From NCBI GenBank assembly GCA_050950505.1, contig JBMNHS010000001.1:704001-768000 (forward strand): DNA of 64,000 bases, written 5' to 3'. Position numbers and translations under genes: made by a program. The notes beneath the pieces were generated by a model. It saw nothing but the letters and a program-made list of their open reading frames with translations. It did no database searches and was not told the origin of the DNA. This DNA is from Candidatus Methanomethylophilaceae archaeon (lineage in GTDB: Archaea; Thermoplasmatota; Thermoplasmata; Methanomassiliicoccales; Methanomethylophilaceae). Of the stretch, positions 20,814-32,520 are shown in pieces (position 1 is the first letter of the stretch; the number at the start of each line of letters is the position of its first letter).

Positions 20814-22073
20814 TCAGCTCAGAGCGGCGGAGGCCGCTTCCATTGCAGCAATGTCCGAATCCGAATCGGTGATGACCACGGCTATGCCCTTCGCCAACAG
20901 CATCTTTTCAGGCATATGGCCGATTTCCGAAACCGCAACCGCCTTTACGCCGCCGAGCATATCGATGATGGTTCTGATTCTTTTGCTGTGCTCTTCGCCG
21001 GCGACCGGAGTCCCTTTGGGCGATTCCACGTCTTTGATGAATCTCACGGTTTTTCCGTCTGAGGCGTAAACTCTGAAAATCTTGGCATTTCCGAAACCGC
21101 TGTCGGTTTTGGCTCCGTCAGAACTTGCGACCGCAACAAGCATCTCTTCCTCGTCAGGGTGTTCCTCGAAAACGACGTTGGGCCCTCCGGATTTAGATCC
21201 GCAGACGGAACCGCATCCGTCGGAAAGAATGAATTCCGAAGATCTGTCATCGGCCAGCAGACCGATTGCATCTGCACGGCACTGTTTGCAGTGCCTCATC
21301 ATCCTGGCATCCTGTTCGCAGAGATCCATCATAGCCTTTCTCTCTTCAGGGGTCGGAGCCCTGAGATGTTCGAATTTTGTCCCCGCAACGGGAATCAACG
21401 GCAATATGTTGATGATATAAGCGCCTAAATCTTTGACTTTCTTGACGATGTCGGGTATGTGCCCGTCATTGATGTCCGGAATCATCACTATATTGATTTT
21501 CACCAACATCCCGAGCTCTATGCATTTGCGGATGCCTTCCAATTGATTCTCAATAAGTCGTTCTGCCGCCTCTCTTCCCCTCAGTTTTTCTCCGTCCTGA
21601 AGGACCAGACTGTAAATCTTCTCGCCGATTTCGGCATCGACGGAGTTCATGGTGACGGTCATGAACCTGACTCCCAGGTCGTAAAGTTCCTCCGCCCGTT
21701 CCGGGAGGGCCAAACCGTTGGTGGAAAGACAGGCGGTAAGCTCGGGATATTTCCCTTTGATCAGCCTCAGGGTTTCAAATGTCTCTTCGTTTGCCAAAGG
21801 ATCCCCCGGCCCGGCAATTCCCAAAACCTTCAGATAAGGGATTTTTTCCAGAACCATGCCGATTTTGTCCACGGCCTGTTCCGGAGTCAGAACTTTGCTT
21901 GTGACCCCGGGGCGGGATTCATTAACGCAATCATAACGTCTGTTGCAGTAATTGCATTGAATATTGCATTTGGGGGCGACGGGAAGATGCATTCTTGCAA
22001 ATTCATGATGCGCTTCTTCGTTGTAACACGGATGCGTCGCGAGGGCCGCCTTGATTTTTTCTTCCCTGTCCAT
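20814..22073 (-). CDS. nifB: NifB radical SAM protein fused to a C-terminal NifX-like domain
   Basis: HPC, CNIQCNYC, ESRPG, AGPGDPL, TVTMN, CKQCRADA; C-terminal VAVAS..GFGNAKIFRVY..IG..P..L..KGI. Confidence 0.88.
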   Translation of the reverse strand: MDREEKIKAALATHPCYNEEAHHEFARMHLPVAPKCNIQCNYCNRRYDCVNESRPGVTSKVLTPEQAVDKIGMVLEKIPYLKVLGIAGPGDPLANEETFETLRLIKGKYPELTACLSTNGLALPERAEELYDLGVRFMTVTMNSVDAEIGEKIYSLVLQDGEKLRGREAAERLIENQLEGIRKCIELGMLVKINIVMIPDINDGHIPDIVKKVKDLGAYIINILPLIPVAGTKFEHLRAPTPEERKAMMDLCEQDARMMRHCKQCRADAIGLLADDRSSEFILSDGCGSVCGSKSGGPNVVFEEHPDEEEMLVAVASSDGAKTDSGFGNAKIFRVYASDGKTVRFIKDVESPKGTPVAGEEHSKRIRTIIDMLGGVKAVAVSEIGHMPEKMLLAKGIAVVITDSDSDIAAMEAASAALS

Positions 22074-22125
22074 GAGCACCCATATCTATCTCTTATTATT
22101 ATATTATAATGAACATAGGAAGCTC

Positions 22126-22512
22126 ATGAAGGAAATCGGATACGTCAAGGCGGTATTGGGCGATGCGAATTCCGGAATTCCTGTGACCCGCCGCACCCTT
22201 ATCGAACATATGGACAGCGGCGATTTTACATACAGAACCCGAAAAGGGGACGAATTTCAGATGAATCGGGAAGAGGTCGAGTCTCTGGCCGGACTCTGCA
22301 CAGAGATGGAAAAGATCCGACTTAGGTTACCGATCATTATCAGTACGGACAAAGATTCCTGGAAAGTCGAAGGAACCGTAGAGACCTCGGTGGTATCCAA
22401 GATGCTGAACAAGAAATCATACAGGGCCGATTTTCTGAGATTTTACAATCCGCATCTTGCCGAACTGCGGAGAAAATACCCCACAACAGTGACAATAGCA
22501 TTCATTCCCTGA
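22126..22512 (+). CDS. DUF61-like archaeal protein
   Basis: N..IP..RRTL.., TRKG.EF, RLRLPIII, LRRKYPTTVTIAF pattern. Confidence 0.65.
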   Translation: MKEIGYVKAVLGDANSGIPVTRRTLIEHMDSGDFTYRTRKGDEFQMNREEVESLAGLCTEMEKIRLRLPIIISTDKDSWKVEGTVETSVVSKMLNKKSYRADFLRFYNPHLAELRRKYPTTVTIAFIP

Positions 22513-22528
22513 TTCAAATTCCCAAACC

Positions 22529-22845
22529 TTAAATATACCTTGAATATAGAGGAGTCTGCTCGATTCTAAAGCATCGAGTGTCCTGTGTTTGACGGTCGTG
22601 GACGGTAACTGTCCCGTCTGTCAAACCTGGATATGAATGGCCGTGCTGGGAGGTATTATATACTTCCTAAGACTACGGACATTTTGCTGCGTTTTTTTGA
22701 AAAACGCGTTCAAGCTAAATGACATGCACCCGGAGAGAGATCCTCTTTTGGGGAAGAGATGTGAGGGTCCCGTAATGGAGGATGAGATCGGATTAACCCT
22801 ATGATCATCGATCATACGCAACCTGGACGTGTGCTAGATCATACG
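22529..22845 (+). other. 23S rRNA promoter and structured 5' leader (external spacer)
   Basis: TTAAATA box near 22529; hairpins GTTTGACGG/CTGTCAAAC, GGGAGGTA/TACTTCCT, GCGTTTTT/AAAAACGC; arms complementary to 25762-25811. Confidence 0.7.
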
Positions 22846-25760
<2,915 letters not shown>

Positions 25761-25917
25761 GGTGTGATCTAGCAGTCAAACAGGTTGCGTATGAAAAATT
25801 CTCATCCTCCAAACACCATTTTTATTTATTGTCCGGGTTGTATTATTCTCATCCAGACGTCATTCGTTTTATTTTATCATGTTAAACGTTAAATAGGTCC
25901 ATCAATTTTGATTTTTA

Positions 25918-26550
25918 ATGACTGTACAGCAGATAGGTTCGTTCGTTCCGTATGATTCCAACATGTTCTTGCTGATCGGTGAGAAAACATTGCTCATCGA
26001 CACCGGATCCGGCACGGTATCCGCACCTATTATCGGGCACATCGGCGACATTCTGAACGGCCGTAAATTGGATTCCATTGTACTGACCCATTACCATTAC
26101 GATCACATCGGCGGACTGAAGGATTTCATTCCCGCATTCGGACCGGAGATTTTTGCCGGCTCGGGAGACATAGATAAAATCAGAAAAGGCGGCCATGACG
26201 GTATATTCGGAGTCGACATCCCACCGTGCCCCAACATAAAGGAACTCTCTGAAGGGATGAAAATCGATTTGGGGGAACATCTCCTGGAAGTCATAGAGAC
26301 GCCCGGCCACACCCCGGGCGGCATCTGCCTTTACGATCACAAGACGCGTTCTCTGTTCTCCGGCGACACGGTATTCGCTGACGGAATCGGCAGAACGGAC
26401 TTTGAAGGGGGAGACATGAGACAGCTCAGAGAGTCCCTTCACAAACTGAAAAAATACGATATTCTGAACCTCTATTCCGGCCACGGGCCTGTTATAGAAG
26501 GAAGGGGTAACGATTCTATAATTAGGGGATTGAGATACATAGGTGAGTGA
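25918..26550 (+). CDS. MBL-fold metallo-hydrolase
   Basis: THYHYDHIGG, TPGHTPG, FSGDT, SGHG. Confidence 0.92.
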   Translation: MTVQQIGSFVPYDSNMFLLIGEKTLLIDTGSGTVSAPIIGHIGDILNGRKLDSIVLTHYHYDHIGGLKDFIPAFGPEIFAGSGDIDKIRKGGHDGIFGVDIPPCPNIKELSEGMKIDLGEHLLEVIETPGHTPGGICLYDHKTRSLFSGDTVFADGIGRTDFEGGDMRQLRESLHKLKKYDILNLYSGHGPVIEGRGNDSIIRGLRYIGE

Positions 26551-27184
26551 AATGCAAATACTGAAGTGCAACACAGATATGGATGAGACCACAATGGAGG
26601 CCATTTCCTATGCGGCCGAAGAAATCGCATCAGGAAACCTCGTTGTGTATCCGACGGAAACGGTTTACGGGATCGGAGCGGACGTTTACAATCAAAAGGC
26701 CGTGAAGAAAGTATTCATGGTGAAAAACAGACCCTTCGACATGGCTCTTTCCGTGGCTGTCACCGACAAAAAGATGATTGAGGACATAGCCGAGATAAAC
26801 GAGATTGCGGACAGGCTGATTGATGCCTTCCTTCCCGGCCCGCTCACCATCATCATAAAAAAGAATCCTTTGGTTTCCGATTTGGTCACTTCCGGTTCCC
26901 AAAAGGTGGGCATACGCATGCCAGACAACCCGATTGCCTTGGAACTTGTCAAAAGATGCGGCCCCATCGTGGCCACTTCAGCAAACATTCACTCTCACAA
27001 AGATGCGACATCCGTAGAGATGGCGTACAATGAACTCGGTGACAGCATTTCCACCTACCTCGATTCGGGAAGTTCGAATCTCGGAAAACCCTCGACCATA
27101 GTCTGGCTCAACGGAAACGAAGTAGAAATAATCCGTCAGGGTGCAATTTCCATCAAACAGATTTTGGAGGTCGTCGATTGTTGA
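26543..27184 (+). CDS. tsaC: Threonylcarbamoyl-AMP synthase (YrdC/TsaC domain only)
   Basis: YPTETVYGIGA, K.RP, PGPLT, VGIRMP, TSAN, PSTIV; no SUA5 C-terminal domain. Confidence 0.9.
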   Translation: MSEMQILKCNTDMDETTMEAISYAAEEIASGNLVVYPTETVYGIGADVYNQKAVKKVFMVKNRPFDMALSVAVTDKKMIEDIAEINEIADRLIDAFLPGPLTIIIKKNPLVSDLVTSGSQKVGIRMPDNPIALELVKRCGPIVATSANIHSHKDATSVEMAYNELGDSISTYLDSGSSNLGKPSTIVWLNGNEVEIIRQGAISIKQILEVVDC

Positions 27185-28068
27185 ACGACGATCAACTGTC
27201 CAAGTTGAGAAAAGCAGGCAAGGTTGCGGGCGAGGCCAGGGAAATCGGTTTGTCCATGATTGAACCCGGGGTAAAACTCTTTGACGTCGCCGAAGAAGTC
27301 GAAGCGCACATCCGCGGAAAAGGTTGCGGTCTGGCATTCCCGTGTAACGTCAGCGTGAACGAAATCGCCGCTCATTATACTCCGAGTGTCAACGACAAAA
27401 CCGTAATCAAAACCGGTGACGTAATCAAAGTCGATTGCGGGGCCGAATTGGACGGGTGGGTCGGTGACACCGCAGGCACCGCCGAGGCGGGCACCGGGAA
27501 ATACACGAGACTGATTCAGGCATCCAAACAGGCAAGGGACGCCATCGCTGATTTCGTCGGCGACGGATTTCCTCTGAGCGAAATCGGCGGAATCGTCGAA
27601 GCAAACATCCGACAGTACGGGTTCACTCCCGTACGGAATCTGTGCGGTCACCAAATCACTCAGTACAATCTTCATTCGGGACTGTCCGTTCCCAATTACG
27701 ATGACGGCAGTTCGACCAGAGCCAAAAAAGGGATGATATTGGCGATTGAACCCTTTGCAACCGACGGAAGGGGTGAAGTCGTCAACGGCAGACCGGGAAA
27801 CATTGTCAGAATAATCCGTGAACGTGAAATCGAAGAACCGGACATCAAAGAATTCTTCGACTATGTCAAAGAGGAATTCAAAACATTCCCGTTCTGCGCA
27901 AGGAGCTGTGATTTCCGCGATGCGGAAAAATATGTCAACTATTTGACAAGAAGAGGAATTCTTTCCAGCTATGCTCAGTTGGTTGAAGTGAAAAGAGGCA
28001 TTGTTTCTCAGCACGAACATACTTTTTACGTATCAGGGGACAGGGCAGAAATCCTTACTGAACCGTGA
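27178..28068 (+). CDS. map: Type II methionine aminopeptidase
   Basis: AFPCNVSVNEIAAHYTP, KVDCG..DG.VGDTA, NLCGH, AIEPF, SQHEHT. Confidence 0.95.
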   Translation: MLNDDQLSKLRKAGKVAGEAREIGLSMIEPGVKLFDVAEEVEAHIRGKGCGLAFPCNVSVNEIAAHYTPSVNDKTVIKTGDVIKVDCGAELDGWVGDTAGTAEAGTGKYTRLIQASKQARDAIADFVGDGFPLSEIGGIVEANIRQYGFTPVRNLCGHQITQYNLHSGLSVPNYDDGSSTRAKKGMILAIEPFATDGRGEVVNGRPGNIVRIIREREIEEPDIKEFFDYVKEEFKTFPFCARSCDFRDAEKYVNYLTRRGILSSYAQLVEVKRGIVSQHEHTFYVSGDRAEILTEP

Positions 28069-28104
28069 GGTTTATTTACATCCGTACAGTACCTCACGCA
28101 AACA

Positions 28105-28192
28105 GCCGAAGTTGCCAAGCCAGGTCAAAGGCGGCAGACTCAAGATCTGTTCTCGTAGGAGTTCACCGGTTCGAATCCGGTCTTCGGCACCA
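28105..28192 (+). tRNA. tRNA-Leu(CAA), long variable arm, CCA encoded
   Basis: GCCGAAG/CTTCGGC acceptor stem; GCAGA-CTCAAGA-TCTGT anticodon arm; CTC-GTAG-GAG variable arm; TTCGAAT T-loop. Confidence 0.97.
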
Positions 28193-28221
28193 TTAATATA
28201 ATTCACTTTGATTCACAGGCC

Positions 28222-28743
28222 ATGGCAGAGCCTCAACAAATAGCGACCGCGTCTGTTCTGACTTTAATTGCCGGCTTAATCGTGTCAATGTTTTCGTTGG
28301 CATTTCCCCTCGTCATGATCGGAAATCTTTCAGTGACTCTGATAGCGGGACTGCTGGTCATGCTGTTCTCCGCAATACTGTTTGTCATGCAGGCTCTTCC
28401 CATGGAAATCACTTTCACTTCCGATAATTCATCCTTCAGGATAAAAGGCCCCTATTACGCCCGCACCATAGATTATTCCGAAGTGTCTTCCGTGGAATGC
28501 AGAAAGTTCCCCTTGGGAACTCCGTTGATGGCTCTGAATTCCGGGGATGGCGTTCTCGGCGGGCAGTTCAAATCTCCGGAGGCGGGAATGTGCCACGCAG
28601 TGGGCCATAATCGGGGGGAGGACACCTGTTACATTGTGATGAAACTCACGGACGGAAAAACCGTCGCATTCAACCTGGAATCCGAAGAGGAAACCGAGAA
28701 AATTTACGGAACGATATGTTCAAAAGCATCCTGTCGTCCCTGA
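28222..28743 (+). CDS. Membrane protein with a PH-like domain
   Basis: Two TM helices then FRIKGPY..RTIDYS..GGQF..YIVMKL.DGKTVAFN; paralogous to the next gene. Confidence 0.65.
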   Translation: MAEPQQIATASVLTLIAGLIVSMFSLAFPLVMIGNLSVTLIAGLLVMLFSAILFVMQALPMEITFTSDNSSFRIKGPYYARTIDYSEVSSVECRKFPLGTPLMALNSGDGVLGGQFKSPEAGMCHAVGHNRGEDTCYIVMKLTDGKTVAFNLESEEETEKIYGTICSKASCRP

Positions 28744-28778
28744 AGATATTATTTTATATCACGCACTAATTCAAATCC

Positions 28779-29951
28779 GTGTCCAAAGCTCAGAAACTGA
28801 CGGCATTGGGAATATTGTTGATGTTTATCGAAACGGCGGCGATTCTGATTGTTGCCCTGCTGTCTTTCAGTGAAACATTCATCTGGATACTGATGGTTTC
28901 GATGGTGCCCACAACGGCACTGTTTCTTGTGCCGATGTTTCCGCTGAATCCGGTTTTTACTCCGGAGATATCGTCTTTCCGAATCAAAGGACCGTATCTC
29001 GACAGGACCGTTGAGTATTCGGACATAGTGTCAATGAGATACGACGGCGTCGAACTCGGAATGCGGATGATGGGTATTTACACGGGACGCGGCAGTTTCG
29101 GGGGAACCTTCAGAAACAAAGAGTTCGGCGGTTACGGCATTGTCGGCAAAAACAGAGGTCCTGGCACCAGGTACATAATACTGAAACTGAAAGATGACAA
29201 AGTTGTCGCATTCAACCTCAAAACCGAAGAAGACACGCTACTGGCATTCGAACAGATCAGGGGGTACACAGGGTTGCACGAATCCGCAGATGCCGAGTCC
29301 CGCAAAACCGTAATTCAGAATCCGAAAACCGGGGAACTTTATGAAAAAGCGAAAAAGATCTCCCGAATCACGATGATTCTGTCCGCGGCAATCGGTATTC
29401 TGATTCCTCTGGGAATCCTGATTCTGTACAGAGGCGATGCAATCAGGTCAATATTGGTTCCGACATCGCTCTCGGCCATTGTCCCAATTGCGGCCATTGT
29501 CGTTTACCATAACCGGTTCAAAGAAACGGGGTTGCCGAAATCCGATCGATCGGGTACACTGACGGCACTCGGATCTCAGCTGGCGATTGTTCCCATACTG
29601 TTTGCTGTCATAGGGTTCATAACGGTTCCCGCAATGATAAATGTGGAAATCTCCGAGGATTATTTTTCGGTAAGCTCAACAATGCTGGATGTTAAAATTT
29701 ATTACGAGGACATAACCGAACTTGATACCACCGAAGAGAAATTCAGAAGGGATTGGGGTTACGGCGGATCCAACATAGGCACCGGGAATTTCAGTAATTC
29801 CAACTTCGGAAAAGTGAAGTACGCCGCTTACAACAACGTGCAAACCAAGATTGTCGTGAAACACGAACACGGCACTTTCGTGTTCAACCAAAGCACCGAG
29901 GAATCGACATTGGTCATGCTGAATCTGTTGAAAGATAAAACCGGGTTGTGA
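28779..29951 (+). CDS. Membrane protein with two PH-like domains
   Basis: N-half about 45% identical by eye to 28222-28743; C-terminal KIYYEDI..R.WGYG...GNF.N..FG...FVFN (bPH_5-like). Confidence 0.7.
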   Translation: MSKAQKLTALGILLMFIETAAILIVALLSFSETFIWILMVSMVPTTALFLVPMFPLNPVFTPEISSFRIKGPYLDRTVEYSDIVSMRYDGVELGMRMMGIYTGRGSFGGTFRNKEFGGYGIVGKNRGPGTRYIILKLKDDKVVAFNLKTEEDTLLAFEQIRGYTGLHESADAESRKTVIQNPKTGELYEKAKKISRITMILSAAIGILIPLGILILYRGDAIRSILVPTSLSAIVPIAAIVVYHNRFKETGLPKSDRSGTLTALGSQLAIVPILFAVIGFITVPAMINVEISEDYFSVSSTMLDVKIYYEDITELDTTEEKFRRDWGYGGSNIGTGNFSNSNFGKVKYAAYNNVQTKIVVKHEHGTFVFNQSTEESTLVMLNLLKDKTGL

Positions 29952-30012
29952 TTCCTCTTTATACGCGCGTGTACGCGTTGATTTATATACAAAGAGTACA
30001 TGGTTCGCTTTA

Positions 30013-30102
30013 CGCAAACTCGGGACCCGCACAGCGAATACCGAGAGCTCCGTCATACCATGACCGGGCTTGAACAATCCCGCGAGGGACATTTGCGGAG
30101 GT
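30013..30102 (+). promoter_or_regulatory. Structured 5' leader of the S13-S4-S11-rpoD operon (candidate r-leader)
   Basis: TTTATATA at 29982; four helices closed by CGCAAA/TTTGCG abutting SD GGAGGT. Confidence 0.55.
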
Positions 30103-30109
30103 AAACAAA

Positions 30110-30577
30110 ATGGTTAGTAAAAAGAACACGAAGGCCGAAGATGAGGATTTCAACTTCATCGTACGCATCGCCAACACCGACATAGACGGTCAGAAGAGGG
30201 CGATCATCGGTCTGCAGGGCATCAAAGGTGTCGGTGCAAGAACCGCACACACAATTGTAAAGAGGGCCAAAGTCGATGAGACGGTAAAATTGGGTTCCCT
30301 CGAAGAAGATAAAATCAAAGAACTCGAAGAGCTCGTGACCACTTTCGTGGAATACGCCCCCAACTGGGCTGTCAACAGGCAGATGGATTATGAAACCGGA
30401 GCCGACATGCACCTCATCGGAATGGATCTGAACATGATTCAGGAAGAGGACGTAAACAGGCTCAAGATGATTCGCAGCTACCGCGGCATCAGACACGAGA
30501 CGTTCAAGAAAGTCAGAGGCCAGAGGACCAGGACCAACGGAAGAAAAGGTCTTACCCTCGGAGTCACCAGAAGGTAA
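30110..30577 (+). CDS. rps13: 30S ribosomal protein uS13
   Basis: IVRIANTDIDG, IKGVG, SYRGIRH, VRGQRTRTNGR. Confidence 0.97.
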   Translation: MVSKKNTKAEDEDFNFIVRIANTDIDGQKRAIIGLQGIKGVGARTAHTIVKRAKVDETVKLGSLEEDKIKELEELVTTFVEYAPNWAVNRQMDYETGADMHLIGMDLNMIQEEDVNRLKMIRSYRGIRHETFKKVRGQRTRTNGRKGLTLGVTRR

Positions 30578-30586
30578 GGTGTCTGA

Positions 30587-31237
30587 ATGGGAGATCCTAA
30601 ATTTCCGCGCAGATCCTACGACGCACCGTCCCACCCCTGGGAAGGCGAGAGGATAAAATCCGAACAGCTCGTTGTCAACGAGTTCGGTCTCAAGAACAAA
30701 TCCGAAGTATGGAAGGCACAGTCGGTTCTCAGGAACTACAGAAAACAGTCCAGAGAACTTCAGGCCCGCCTCAGGGGAAACGACCCTCAGGCTAAGGTCG
30801 AAGCCGACAACCTTCTTGAAAAGTGCACCCGCATGGGACTTTTGCCCATGGCCGGCGGTGACCTGAACGACATTCTGGTTCTCAGTGAAAGCGACATTCT
30901 TTCCAGGAGACTTCAGACCATCGTTTACGAAAAGGGTTTGGCCAACACGATAAAACAGGCCAGGCAGATGATCAATCACGGTCACATCTTCCTTAACGGC
31001 CACAGGGTAACCGTTCCCGGTTATATCGTTCTCAGGAGCGAAGAACCCACAATTCAATACGCACCCAGCTCGGCGTTCACGGACGACATGCATCCCATGA
31101 GGATGTCCCCTGAAGAACTTGCGGCGAAACTCGAAGCGGATGCCGCAAGAGCCGAGGCAGAGGCAAAGAAGCTGGCGGAAACCGCAAAGAAAGATGCGGA
31201 AGAAGCAGGCATAACACCGGAGGATGGTGAGAACTGA
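30587..31237 (+). CDS. rps4: 30S ribosomal protein uS4
   Basis: [39 protein letters not shown]. Confidence 0.97.
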   Translation: MGDPKFPRRSYDAPSHPWEGERIKSEQLVVNEFGLKNKSEVWKAQSVLRNYRKQSRELQARLRGNDPQAKVEADNLLEKCTRMGLLPMAGGDLNDILVLSESDILSRRLQTIVYEKGLANTIKQARQMINHGHIFLNGHRVTVPGYIVLRSEEPTIQYAPSSAFTDDMHPMRMSPEELAAKLEADAARAEAEAKKLAETAKKDAEEAGITPEDGEN

Positions 31238-31623
31238 TGGCAGACAAATGGGCTATAGCCAATATATTCGCCACTTACAACAATATCATGATTACCCTCA
31301 CCGACATCACCGGTGCGGAAACCATCGGTAAGGTTACCGGCGGAATGGTCGTGAAGCAGGCGAAAGATCAGGCTTCTCCCTATGCCGCACAGAGAGCGGC
31401 GGAGAAGATTGCGGAAATTGCAAGGGAAAAGGACGTTGTGGGCATCCACGTCAAAGTACGTGCCCACGGCGGAAACAAAGCCACTTCCCCCGGTCCCGGA
31501 GCACAGGCGGCCATCCGTGCCCTCGCAAGAGCCGGCATAAGAATCGGACGCATCGAAGATGTGACCCCGATACCTCATGACGGTACCAAGAAGAAGGGCG
31601 GACGCAGAGGACGCAGGGTCTGA
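31237..31623 (+). CDS. rps11: 30S ribosomal protein uS11
   Basis: [38 protein letters not shown]. Confidence 0.97.
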   Translation: MADKWAIANIFATYNNIMITLTDITGAETIGKVTGGMVVKQAKDQASPYAAQRAAEKIAEIAREKDVVGIHVKVRAHGGNKATSPGPGAQAAIRALARAGIRIGRIEDVTPIPHDGTKKKGGRRGRRV

Positions 31624-31633
31624 GGTCAATCTC

Positions 31634-32473
31634 ATGGAAATAGAAATCATCGAAATGGCCGAGAGGAAGGCCAAGTTCATATTAAAGAACTCCTCGCCCG
31701 CCATGGCAAACGCACTCAGAAGGACCATGATGTCCGACATTCCGAAAATGGCCATTGATACCGTCGAGTTCCACCTCGGAACCATCGAAATCAACGATAA
31801 GGAATACGAGAGTGCCACGCCCCTGTTCGACGAAATCATCGCCCACAGACTGGGAATGATTCCGGTCCCCACGGACCTGGAACTTTTCACTTTCAAAGAC
31901 CAGTGCGTATGTGAGGGTGAGGGATGCCCCAACTGTACTATTATGTACAGCATCAACGAACACGGCCCCGGTACGGTAATGTCCGGAAACATGGTGCCGC
32001 TGGGCAATCCCGATTTCAAAGTGAAGGACGAATTCATCCCCATTGTGGAACTGACCGAAGACCAGGCGGTGTTGATTTATGCTCACGCAGTTATGGGAAC
32101 GGCCAAAGACCATGTCAAATGGCAAGTCACCAGCGGCGTCGGTTACAAATACTTCCCGTTGGTGAAAATCGATCCTGAGAGAGCTTCCACCGAAGCCGCG
32201 CTGAACTGTGTCAAAATCTGCCCGAAGAACGTATTCGGCGTCCAAGACGGAAAACTTGTGGTTGAGAATTCCATCAGTTGCACTCTTTGCAAATCCTGTA
32301 TGGAATCCGTTAACAACGACGGGTCCGTCGTGGTCAAAGGCGATGACGAAAACTTCCTGTTCACCTTCGAAACCGACGGATCCCTGACTGCTGAGCAAAC
32401 CCTCATCAAGACAATAGAGATTCTGTCCGAGAAGGCGGCAGACATATCTGCACAGATTGCGGAACTCGTTTAA
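31634..32473 (+). CDS. rpoD: RNA polymerase subunit D (Rpo3) with a ferredoxin-like Fe-S domain
   Basis: ANALRR, DEIIAHRLGMIP, HVKW, CVKICP..CTLCKSC, FETDGSL. Confidence 0.95.
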   Translation: MEIEIIEMAERKAKFILKNSSPAMANALRRTMMSDIPKMAIDTVEFHLGTIEINDKEYESATPLFDEIIAHRLGMIPVPTDLELFTFKDQCVCEGEGCPNCTIMYSINEHGPGTVMSGNMVPLGNPDFKVKDEFIPIVELTEDQAVLIYAHAVMGTAKDHVKWQVTSGVGYKYFPLVKIDPERASTEAALNCVKICPKNVFGVQDGKLVVENSISCTLCKSCMESVNNDGSVVVKGDDENFLFTFETDGSLTAEQTLIKTIEILSEKAADISAQIAELV

Positions 32474-32482
32474 ACATCATTC

Positions 32483-32505
32483 AGGGGCATCCGCCCCTTT
32501 TTTAA
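32483..32505 (+). terminator. Hairpin plus T-tract terminator
   Basis: AGGGGC-ATCC-GCCCCT then TTTTT. Confidence 0.7.
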
Positions 32506-32520
32506 TTTATTCACAGTCAT

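Noticed and set aside
30013-30097. tRNA-Ser upstream of rps13
   Set aside because: Cloverleaf-like, but lacks a TTC T-loop, a 7-nt anticodon loop and CCA; treated as an mRNA leader instead.
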